Assembly: GCA_016709305.1 (NCBI GenBank)
Contig: JADJNA010000053.1
Coordinates: 3,840-67,839, forward strand
Direction of reading: 5' to 3'
DNA length: 64,000 nucleotides
From: Candidatus Villigracilis saccharophilus
GTDB lineage: Bacteria > Chloroflexota > Anaerolineae > Anaerolineales > Villigracilaceae
Shown piece after piece: positions 27,728 to 37,691 of the stretch. Both the position numbers and the translations under genes were made by a program. The notes under the pieces are model-generated. The model ran no database searches. It saw only the letters and a program-made list of their open reading frames with translations, and was not told the origin of the DNA. Numbering within the stretch: the first letter of the stretch is position 1; the number at the start of each line of letters is the position of its first letter.

Positions 27728-30012
27728 ATGTCACTTAAGAAAATGCTCGTCCTAGTTGGTTTAGTACTCGTAGTTGCTGTCGTATTGGCAGCCTGCGGCG
27801 CGGCCGCCACACCGGCCCCCACTGAAGCGCCAGTTGTTGTTGAACCCACCGCTACTGAAGCCCCGACCGCTGTGCCCACAGTGGACCCGGCTATTGAAAT
27901 TACAGCGATCTTCGCCGAATCCGGTCATGCAGATGCCGCGGCTGAAGCTTTTATTCATTGGGACGCAGAAACTGAAGTCCCCACCTCCTGTGCAAAATGC
28001 CACAGCGAAGCCGGCTTTGTTGACTTCATCGCTGATGGTTCCGTAGATGCGGCTGCCGCAGTTCCCAATGCGCCGTTCACCTGCACCATGTGCCATAACG
28101 ATGCCGCCGATGCTTTGACCTCGGTCACATTCCCGTCCGGCGCAGTTGTCGAAAACCTTGGCCCAGAGGCTCGTTGTATGACCTGCCATCAGGGACGCCA
28201 ATCCAAAGTCAGCGTTGATAAGAAGATCACCGACTTTGCAGTGACCGACATGGATGTCGTTGTTGAACCCATCCCCGCAGTAGACGCCAGCGGCGCTCCT
28301 GTTCTGGATGCAGAAGGCAAACCCACAACCGTTAAATTCAGCTTCCCCAATGTTCATTATTTTGCTGCCGCTGGCACGCTGTACGGCTCACAGACCAAGA
28401 TCGGTTATGAGTATGACGGCAAGATCTATGATATGAAGCACCAGCATGTCGATGGCTTTAATACCTGTATCGGCTGTCACGATCAGCACAGCCTCGAAGT
28501 TAAAGTTGAAGCTTGCGCCCAATGCCACGAAGGTGTTGCCTCCGTTGACGATCTAAAGAACGTTCGCGAACCATCCTCCAGCAAAGATTATGACGGCGAT
28601 GGCGATAAAGAAGAAGGCGTAGCCTTTGAAATCGAAGGTTTGCAGGAAACCCTGTACACCTCGATCAAGGCGTATGCAACTGAAGTTGTCGGCACTGGCA
28701 TCGTTTACGATGCAGCCACCAACCCGTACTGGTTCGTTGACGCTGATGGTGATGGCGCCATTGATCAGGTTGACGGCAAGAATGTAAGCTACACATTCTT
28801 CACCGCCCGCTTGCTCAAAGCCACCTACAACTACCAGGTTTCCGTCAAGGATCCAGGTGCGTTCGCCCACGGCGGAAAATACATGATCGAATTGCTTTTG
28901 ACTCGATCGAAGATGTGAATTCCAGTGAAAAACTGACCACTATTTTTGATGCCGCCACGCTGACCCGTGAAGATCCCGGTCACTTCAATGGCGCGGCTGC
29001 TGCCTTCCGCCATTGGGACCTCAACGATGACGGCACCCCGTCCTATACAGTCGAAGCTGCCTGTGCCAAGTGCCACAGCGGTTCTGGTCTCCCCACGCTC
29101 CTCGCAGGCGAGACAATCCCTGAAGAAGGCGTTCCTGCCGGCAACGGTCTGATGTGTGTGACCTGCCATGACGGCGCCAACTTCCCGGCTCGCTATGTGG
29201 TCAATGAAGTAACCTTCCCCTCAGGCAAGGTAGTAACCTATGGTGAAGGCGCCGACTCCAATCTATGCTTGGAATGTCACCAGGGCCGCGCCTCCAAGAA
29301 GTCTGTGGATGACCGCATTGCCACCTTCCCCGGCGCTGCTGAAGCACAAGATGTCGTTGTTGAGGCGATCAAGGATGCCAACGGCAACGATCTTAAGTTC
29401 GGCTTCATCAATGCCCATTACCTCGGGATTGGAGCATTCTGGTTCGGTACCGATGCCCAGGGTTTCTACGAATACGAAGGCAAGACCTACGTCGGCGTCA
29501 ACCCGCATCCTGAAGTAAACGGTCAGCCCGGTTGTGTTGGCTGCCATTCTCCTCACAACGGTGAGTGGGATGTCGCCGGAACATGCGCGACCTGCCATGC
29601 GGGCATCACAGATGTTGACGAAATCCGCTGGGTCTCAGATACCACTGACTGGGACGGCGACGGCGACGCAAAAGAACCCATCCGCATGGAAGTCCGCCCG
29701 CTGCGCGATGAAATGTATGCCCAGATCAAAGCCTATGCCACAAAGACCGTTGGCACCGGCATTGCATACGACGCCAATACCTATCCATACTGGTTCGTTG
29801 ATGCTGACGGTGACGACAAGGCTGATGTTGTAGACGGCAAGAAAGTCTCCTACACCACCTGGACTCCCCGTTTGCTCAAAGCGGCCTATAACTTCAATTT
29901 CCTGCGCAAGATCCCGGGCTCATTCGTACACAATCCGAAATACGCCCTCCAGATCCAGATCGACACAATTGAAGACCTCGGCGGCGATATCAGCAAGTAC
30001 ACCCGCCCATAA
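27728..30012 (+). CDS. Decaheme lipoprotein cytochrome c (OmcB-like; two tandem pentaheme repeats; split by a 1-nt deletion near 28897)
   Basis: Lipobox LAAC; 5+5 CxxCH; repeated HWD..CAKCHS, FPSG, CHQGR.S, HY, DxDGDG..E, RLLKA.YN, PG.F.H; adding one T to a T4 run joins the ORFs (ELLFDSIEDVN). Confidence 0.85.
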
Positions 30013-30038
30013 TTAATAAATAACAAAAGGGTAAATTA

Positions 30039-30068
30039 GATGGCGGGCGCAATGCGCCCGCCATCTCT
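30039..30068 (+). terminator. Terminator hairpin
   Basis: agatggcgggcgca-a-tgcgcccgccatct; near-identical to the hairpin at 31383. Confidence 0.7.
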
Positions 30069-30142
30069 ATAAACGACAAGAAAGGGGAGAACACTCAAAA
30101 AAACATCATCAAACGCAAAACCATTAATCTATTTCTCATTTT

Positions 30143-30158
30143 TGTGACATTTGTCACA
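30143..30158. promoter_or_regulatory. Palindromic operator TGTGACATTTGTCACA
   Basis: Matches the 24265 and 27533 motif; followed by the shared ttaactggattttaat box. Confidence 0.7.
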
Positions 30159-30293
30159 TAGAAACACGCAAAATTAACTGGATTTTAATCTGATTTTGAC
30201 TTAAACTATACAAACTAGTGGATTACACGTCCACTGCCCTGTAGTGAAAAAACTACAATTTTATGTTCAAAGCAAAAAGGAGAATGTAAAGAA

Positions 30294-31355
30294 ATGTCAC
30301 TCAAAAAAGTACTTTTGCTCGTTGCTGTCCTTCTTGTTGCATCCCTGGTGTTGACCGCCTGCGGAACCGCCGGACCTGAAGGTCCTGCCGGTCCCGCTGG
30401 CCCTGCCGGCCCTGCCGGCCCTGCCGGCGCTGATGGCACTTCCGCTTCAGCCGCTGACCTGACCTGCACCGAATGCCACAACGATACAGCCATCATTACC
30501 AGCAAGAAAGCCAACTGGCAGGAATCCCTGCACGGTCAGGGCGTTGCCTTCATTGAAGAAGGTGGAAATAAGTCCTGCGCATTCTGCCACTCCGGCGCTG
30601 CCTTCAGCGCTGCGGTTGCAGCCGGCCAGAACTTCAGCCAGCTTGAATCCGGCGATGCCAACCCGACCCATCAGGATTGCCGCACCTGCCATCAGATCCA
30701 CGTCACCTATACCGGTGCCGACTGGGCCCTCGAGACCGAAGCTCCTGTGACCACCGTCACCAGTGGCGCGACCTTCGACGGCGGCAAGGGCAACCTGTGC
30801 GCCAACTGCCATCAGGCCCGCCGCTACATGGCCAACTTCGCCTCCAAGGATAGCGCTGGCGTTGTGATCCCCGACAAATTCACCCCCACCGCCCGCTTCA
30901 ACACCCACTACAGCGTTCAGGTCGACACCCTCATGGCCACCGTCGATGTTAATGCTGCTCTCGGTGTAGACGGCAAACCCGGCGCGCATTATTCCATGGT
31001 CGAAGACACCTGCGTAGGCTGTCACATGGGCGAAGCTGGCAACCATCGCTTCTTACCCGAAGTCGGCGCTTGTGTCGCTTGCCATGCTGATGCCGAAAGC
31101 ATCGACATCAACGGCGCGATCACCGCTTTTGAAGAGAAAGTCGTTGCGTTGAAGACCGCTTTGGTTGCTAAGGGCCTGATGAACGAAGACGGCACCAACG
31201 TTCTCAAGATCGGCGATGCCCCGGTTCAGTTGGATCCCCCGCAGGCCGCCGCACTCTTCGTCTATCACCTGATCGAAGAAGACGGCAGCAATAGCGCTCA
31301 CAACCCGAACTACTTCAACGCTTTGGTTGATGCTTCCCTCGAAGCGCTCAAGTAA
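30294..31355 (+). CDS. Hexaheme lipoprotein cytochrome c with collagen-like linker
   Basis: Lipobox LTAC; GPEGPAGPAGPAGPAGPAGADG; 6 CxxCH; C-terminal AHNPNY like the decaheme neighbour. Confidence 0.9.
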   Translation: MSLKKVLLLVAVLLVASLVLTACGTAGPEGPAGPAGPAGPAGPAGADGTSASAADLTCTECHNDTAIITSKKANWQESLHGQGVAFIEEGGNKSCAFCHSGAAFSAAVAAGQNFSQLESGDANPTHQDCRTCHQIHVTYTGADWALETEAPVTTVTSGATFDGGKGNLCANCHQARRYMANFASKDSAGVVIPDKFTPTARFNTHYSVQVDTLMATVDVNAALGVDGKPGAHYSMVEDTCVGCHMGEAGNHRFLPEVGACVACHADAESIDINGAITAFEEKVVALKTALVAKGLMNEDGTNVLKIGDAPVQLDPPQAAALFVYHLIEEDGSNSAHNPNYFNALVDASLEALK

Positions 31356-31382
31356 GAATAATCCGCAAGGATAAACAAATAT

Positions 31383-31416
31383 GATGGCGGGCGCGCTGCG
31401 CCCGCCATCTCTTTTT
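31383..31416 (+). terminator. Rho-independent terminator
   Basis: gatggcgggcgc-gct-gcgcccgccatc followed by T-tract. Confidence 0.75.
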
Positions 31417-31573
31417 AATAGGATGACTACTTTCGATAAATCATGTAAAATGAAGGATATTAATCACTACGGTTTACATGACGTGAATTGTAAAATTGGG
31501 ATCGTTGCCCCATGACATTGAATGAACTTGTCATAGACAAATTTTTTTTATTAAATGGCTCCAGGAGAATTCA

Positions 31574-32740
31574 ATGAGACGACTAAGAATAGCGCACGCG
31601 TTGCCCTTTCTCGCAGGACTTGTGCTGGTCGCGCTCGCCTTGGCAGGTTACTTATCCGGGACGGTCCGCGCCGCACCTCAGGCCAATCAAGCCGCGGCGC
31701 CAGCCGGGCAGCAAGTGGATAACAGCACCTGTTTGTTCTGTCACAGCAAAGCAGACTTTACATTGACGATGTCGGGCGGGGAAACTCTTTTATTGACCAT
31801 TGATGAAGAAAAGTTCAGCAAGTCTGTCCACGGCGAAGAAGAGATCGCCTGCACAAGCTGCCATACCGACTTCACTGGATTCCCGCACCCGGAACTGAAA
31901 GCATCCAGCCCGCGCGAGATCGCCACCACGTATTACACCACCTGCCAGCAATGCCACAGTGAACAATACTCAAAAGTATTGGACAGCGTCCATCAGACGG
32001 CGTTGGCTGGCGGCAACTTGAACGCCGCAGTCTGTACCGACTGCCACAATCCGCATGAGCAAACCCGCCTGACGAACAAGGATACCGGCGAACTCTTGAT
32101 CACTGCCAAATTGCATATCCCGCAGACCTGCGCGAAATGTCACAGCGGAATTTACGACACCTACAAATACAGCGTCCATGGCGCTGCGCTGACCGAACTT
32201 GGGAATCTGGATGTGCCGACCTGTATCGACTGTCACGGCGTGCATAACATTCAAGACCCCACCACCGCCCAGTTCCGAAATGAAACACCGCAGTTGTGTG
32301 CGAAGTGCCACGCCAATGACACGCTCATGCGCGCCTACGGACTCTCCACGAATATCTTGAACACCTATGTATCAGATTTTCACGGAACCACCGTCACACT
32401 CTTTGAAAAAAATTCCCCGGACCAGCCGACCAACAAACCGGTCTGCACCGACTGTCACGGCATCCACGATATTTCAAAAGTGGACAACCCGCAGACAGGC
32501 ATCGCGCTAAAGAATAACCTGCTCATTAAATGCCAGCGCTGTCACCCGGATGCGACCTCCAATTTCCCGGATGCCTGGATGAGTCATTACGTCGCCAGCC
32601 CGGATAAATACCCGCTTGTTTACAACGTCAACCTCTTCTACAAATTCCTCATTCCGGGCATTTTGGGCGGTATGGGTGTCTTTGTAATTTCAGACATTGT
32701 TCGACGGCTGATCGAACGCCGTAAAGGAGCCGCTCATTAA
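31574..32740 (+). CDS. Nonaheme c-type cytochrome (second CbcL-like c subunit)
   Basis: 9 CxxCH with spacing colinear to 22747-23856; C-terminal TM. Confidence 0.9.
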   Translation: MRRLRIAHALPFLAGLVLVALALAGYLSGTVRAAPQANQAAAPAGQQVDNSTCLFCHSKADFTLTMSGGETLLLTIDEEKFSKSVHGEEEIACTSCHTDFTGFPHPELKASSPREIATTYYTTCQQCHSEQYSKVLDSVHQTALAGGNLNAAVCTDCHNPHEQTRLTNKDTGELLITAKLHIPQTCAKCHSGIYDTYKYSVHGAALTELGNLDVPTCIDCHGVHNIQDPTTAQFRNETPQLCAKCHANDTLMRAYGLSTNILNTYVSDFHGTTVTLFEKNSPDQPTNKPVCTDCHGIHDISKVDNPQTGIALKNNLLIKCQRCHPDATSNFPDAWMSHYVASPDKYPLVYNVNLFYKFLIPGILGGMGVFVISDIVRRLIERRKGAAH

Positions 32741-34023
32741 TGGCCAAGACACCCGCTTCTTCAGAAACAGAACGCAGCGACGAGCGCTTTCCCTTGCCCG
32801 GCGCATTGAACATTTGATCATGCTCACATCCTTTACCACCCTTGGGTTGACGGGGTTGGTACAGAAATTCGCAACCAGCCCAACTTCACAGTTTTTGGTC
32901 GGCATCATGGGCGGTGTTGAAAACACACGCAGCATCCATCACTTCGCCGCCATCGTTCTTATGCTCGGTACCATGTGGCACATCGTTGTATTTGGTTACA
33001 ACTTTTTCGTTCTGCGTACAAGCCTAAGCATGCTGCCCGGCCCGAAAGACGCGCTCGACGCGCTGCAAGCCTTTTTATACAATGTCGGTTTGGGGAAACT
33101 TGTCGGCTTTGGAAAGACCCGTCCGCAAATGGGACGCTAAACCTTTGAAGAAAAAGCCGAGTACTGGGCGTTCGTGTGGGGCACGGCTGTGATGGGCGTG
33201 ACCGGCTTTTTGATGTGGAACCCGATCACATCCGCCAAATTCCTGCCGGGCGAAATCATCCCGGCCGCCAAAGCCGCGCACGGCGGTGAAGCGGTACTGG
33301 CGGTGCTGGCCATCATCCTCTGGCATTTTTATGGCGTGCATATTAAATTCTTCAACAAAGCCATGTGGACCGGCAAGATGACCGAAGAGCAAATGCAGCA
33401 CGAACATCCGCTTGAACTGGCCGCGATCAAAGCCGGGACCGCAGACCGCATGCCTGACGAGATGACCATTCGCAAACGCCAGAAGATCTACTTCCCGATC
33501 GCCGCTGTACTCGTCCTGGGCATGTTAGGCGGCATCTATGGCTTTATCAACACTGAAGAAACAGCGCTGACCACCATTCCGCCTCAGGAAGGCCAGCTGG
33601 TCGAAGTCTATGTACCGCAAACAGCCACACCGCGCCCGACTTCGACTCCCACACTTGAACCGACCAACACCCCCGCTGCCGACGGCTACCACAGATGCAT
33701 CACCGACACCCGAAGGAACTCTCTCCGCAGACGGTACGCCCACAACAGCCGCCGCCGCGCTTGTCAGCTGGGATGGAGCCGTGGGTCCCTTATTCACGCA
33801 AAAATGCGCCGGCTGTCACGGCGCATCCGGCGGATTAAATTTATCCACGTATGCAGATGCGATCAAGGGCGGAGTTTCCGGTGTCGTATTCACCGCCGGT
33901 GATTCTGCCAACAGCATCATGATCGTGAAGTTTGAAAGCGGAAAACACCCTTATGCCGAACTTAGCGCTGAAGAACTCGCCCAGATCAAAGCCTGGCTGG
34001 ATGCAGGCGCGCTCGAAAAATAG
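32740..34023 (+). CDS. FdnI-type cytochrome b fused via a PT linker to a monoheme cytochrome c domain (frameshifts and an in-frame TAA at 33138, likely errors)
   Basis: IEH..LGLTGL, IHH, WH, GR*TFEEKAEYW, AHGGEA, WHFYGVH; then CAGCHG.SGGL.L.TY..G..GDSANS..L..EE..IKAWLDAGA. Confidence 0.75.
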
Positions 34024-34099
34024 CAGCTTAACAGCACGCGGGTTTATAATAAAGGCAGATGCATTCGCCATGCATCTGCTATTTTTTTCGGAGGTGTCT

Positions 34100-35788
34100 A
34101 TGAAAAAGTTATTGGAACGGTTGGGAAAGTTTTTCGTACCGGAGCCAGGCTCTTCACGCTGGACATATATTCTGCCATACCTGACGCTGATCATTGTGTT
34201 TGTGATCCTGCTGGCAGGCGGGATGTATGGCTGGGAATATTCAAACTCCACAAGTTTCTGCGGAACTGCCTGCCACACCATGCCGCCCCAGAGCGTGGTC
34301 CATGCTAATTCTCCACATGCAAACGTCACCTGTGAAGAATGCCATATCGGGCGCGCCTCCTTCACCAACCAGTTGATGCGCAAGACACAGGGATTGAAAG
34401 AAACATATTACGAGATATTTAAGCTTTATGAATATCCGATCCGTGCCAAAGCCTTGCGCCCGGCACGCGATACCTGCGAAAAATGCCATCTGCCGGAAAC
34501 CTTTGCCCACGACAGCCTGCGCACCATCAAGCATTTTGCCAGCGACGAAGCCAACACCGAATCAACCACCTACCTGATCCTGAAGACTGGCGGCGGAGAC
34601 GAACGTGAAGGCCTTGGAAAAGGCATCCACTGGCACATCTCGAACAAGGTCCAGTATTACGCCACGGATCCGCTGAATCAGGAAATCCCGTATGTACGCG
34701 TTGCCAACGATGATGGCACATTCACCGAATACACCGATGTAGAATCCGGTTTTGACGCAGCTTCCATGGATGAAAGCCAGCTCAAGGATATTGACTGCAC
34801 CACCTGTCATAACCGTGTGACACACAACTTTGAAGTCCCGACCGAATCTGTGGACCAGGCCATGGCTGGAAAACTGATCCACCCTGCCATTCCCTCCATC
34901 CGCGCCAAAGCGGTCGAGGTGTTGAGCGTCAAATATGAAACCCGCGACGAAGCCGTCAAAGCCATTGCCGCGGTTGAAGAAGATTACAAGACCAACTATG
35001 CTGATTTTTACAGTCAGAATACAGGGATCGTCCAGGCGGCCGTGAAAGAGATACAGGCCATCTATGACCGCACCGTATTCCACGATCAGGAAGTTGACTT
35101 TCACCACCCACCCCAACAACCTGGGGCATATCAATTCGCCCGGCTGTTTCCGCTGTCATGACGGGAAGCATTTGAACGCGGAGAACGAAGCGGTGCGCCT
35201 TGAATGTAACTTGTGCCACTCGATACCGATCGTGACCGAACCCAAAGATCTGGTGACGAATATCGAGATCAACAGCGGCGGCGTGGAACCGAGTCACATC
35301 TCAACCCCAATTGGATCAGCCTGCACAATCAGTCCATCAACGAATCCTGTGTCGGATGCCATACCATTGAAGGCATGGGCGGCGTGAGCAATATCTCTTT
35401 TTGCTCGAACAGCGCCTGCCATGGAAATGTGTACACCTACGCAGGCTTTGACGCTCCCGCGCTGCGCGAGATATTAAAAACTCAAATTCCCACCCCGGCC
35501 CCGGCAGCATCTCCTACCGCGGGAGGCTCAGGCTATGATGGAGCCATTGGTGAACTCTTCAAAGCAAAGTGCGGAGCTTGCCACGGTGACGCCGCTTCCG
35601 GCGGATTGAAAGTCACCACCTACGCAGATCTGATGAAAGGCAGCAAGACCGGCGCTGTGATCGTCCCGAACGATTCCGCTGCAAGCCTGTTGATCAAGAT
35701 CCAAAGTGAAAAGCACTTCTTCAATCTTTCTGCAAATGACCTTGACCTGGTCACGCAATGGATAGACGACGGAGCAAAAGAGAAGTAA
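34100..35788 (+). CDS. NapC/NirT-family multiheme quinol dehydrogenase (ImcH-like) with extra C-terminal heme domains (two frameshifts)
   Basis: TM then FCGTACHTM, CEECH, CEKCH, GIHWH, CTTCHNR, HPNNLGH..PGCFRCHD, CNLCH, CVGCH, CSNSACH, CGACH. Confidence 0.82.
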
Positions 35789-35819
35789 TCTCCACACAGC
35801 AGTAATGAAAAGTCATAAA

Positions 35820-35861
35820 TAAAAAATCACCCTGAAGAATTAGCTTCAGGGTGATTTTTTA
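35820..35861. terminator. Bidirectional terminator ending the cytochrome island
   Basis: aaaaaatcaccctgaag-aattag-cttcagggtgattttt. Confidence 0.85.
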
Positions 35862-35871
35862 TCAAGAGGAA

Positions 35872-36063
35872 TTATTCATCACCTGTACTGTCAGCGCCAA
35901 GATCAGGCAGGGCTGATTCGATCTCATCCGGGCTTTGCCCGGCTTCCAATCGATCGACCACATCATCGAATTCCGGGGTAGGTTTCTTTCCATATTCGCT
36001 GAAGGTCATGAACACTTCAAAGCGTTTTTCACAATGATTACAGATAAAGTCATAGGTCGGCAT
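35872..36063 (-). CDS. FmdB-family zinc-ribbon regulator, apparently internally shortened
   Basis: MPTYDFICNHC..RFE start, but no second CxxC. Confidence 0.6.
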   Translation of the reverse strand: MPTYDFICNHCEKRFEVFMTFSEYGKKPTPEFDDVVDRLEAGQSPDEIESALPDLGADSTGDE

Positions 36064-36213
36064 GAGCTAATTTTACCGCTTCATGAAAAAATTTGTACCC
36101 AAAAAAAGCCTATCCGCAGACGACAGGAGAGGGGTTCGCAATCTTGAATCTGCGGATGGATATGACTTCTGAAAGGCGCAATGAAGAGCGTGTCTCTTTG
36201 GTACAATACCCCC

Positions 36214-36831
36214 ATGACCAACACATTCGAACTCCGCAAACCTGAGCCGCTCCTGATCGTGATCTCCGGCCCCTCCGGCGTCGGTAAGGATTCAGTCGTC
36301 CAACGCATGATGGAGCGCGGCCTGCCATTCCATTTCGTGGTAACCGCCACAACGCGTGAAAAACGCGAGAGCGAGGTGCACGGCAGGGATTACCTGTTCG
36401 TTTCAGATGATGAATTCGCCCACATGATCGAGCATAATGAATTGCTTGAGTACGCGATCGTCTATGGCGATTACAAAGGCATCCCCAAACAGGGCGTGCG
36501 CGAGGCTTTCGCCAGCGGGATGGACGTTATTATGCGCGTGGATGTGCAGGGCGCAGAGTCTGTCCGCAAGGTTGCACCAGAGGCCTTGTTGATCTTCATC
36601 ACCTGCGAGGGCGAGGACGAATTGAACGCCGTCTGCGTGAACGCAAAACCGAAACCGCCGATTCCCTCTCCTGCGGATCGCCACGGCGCGCAAGGAATTG
36701 CAGCGCATTGAAGCATTTGATTATGTGATCGTCAACCAGGATTTCATTTGGACGACACGGTCAACAAAGTGCGCGGCATCATTGAATCGGAACATTTACG
36801 CGTTAAGCATCGCAAGGTTGATCTTGGATGA
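36214..36831 (+). CDS. gmk: Guanylate kinase (frameshifted C-terminal part)
   Basis: VISGPSGVGKD, TATTR..R..EVHG.DY.F, LLEYA.VYG.YKG, DVQGA. Confidence 0.9.
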
Positions 36832-37616
36832 ACGAACTCCCCGCTTCACCCTATCACACTGAGCCTGCTCCGGCTCCCCAATCAGTGCGCGTGGCCCTGC
36901 CAACCATCGCGCCAACTGTTACATACACGCTCATCGCGGTCACGGTGTTTGTTTATGTTTTGCACCAATTATTAAGCGTGGCGGTGCTGGGATATGCCGC
37001 CAATCAAATTGACTGGCTCGAAGTCTATGGCGCGAGGTTCAACTCGGTCATTCGCGCGGGGGAAATCTGGCGCTTTATTACACCGATATTCCTGCACGGG
37101 TCCATACCGCATATTTTCTTTAACATGTACGCGCTTTTTTCGATCGGCACATTACTGGAACGGCATTTCGGACACGGCAGATTCGCCCTATTATATTTTC
37201 TGGCGGGATTCACGGGCAACGTATTCTCTTTCCTTTTAACCGGTGAAAACGGATATTCAGTGGGTGCATCCACAGCGGTGTTCGGACTGATCGCGGCCGA
37301 AGTTGCATTCTTTTATCACAACCGTAAATTATTTGGCGGTCAAGCCCGGCAGGCAATCAGCAACGCCGGGGTGATCATCGCCATCAACCTGGTCATCGGC
37401 TTTCACCCGGCATTGACAATTGGGGCCATGTGGGCGGCCTGTTGGGCGGCGCCATATTCGCATGGTTCGCCAGTCCGCGCTGGGAGGTAACCGGCATCTC
37501 CCCAGACTTCCGTTTGCAGGATACGCGTGAATTCTCGAGATCGCATTAGGAGCCGGGCTGGCTCCTCGTCTTCGGGGGCGCTGGCGGTCTGGGGAATATT
37601 CTTTAAGGTTTTGTGA
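36828..37616 (+). CDS. Rhomboid intramembrane serine protease (frameshifted)
   Basis: WRFITPIFLH..HIFFNM, GASTAVFG; NWGHVGG in a shifted frame. Confidence 0.88.
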
Positions 37617-37691
37617 CGAAATCATAAAAAAAACGCGACCCATGCTAGACTGAACCCATAAAGCGAGACAAAAAAAGAAAGCCCCCGCTGG

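Noticed and set aside
27761-31301. Long antisense ORFs over the cytochrome genes
   Set aside because: Shadow ORFs caused by codon bias, with no RBS or recognisable motifs.
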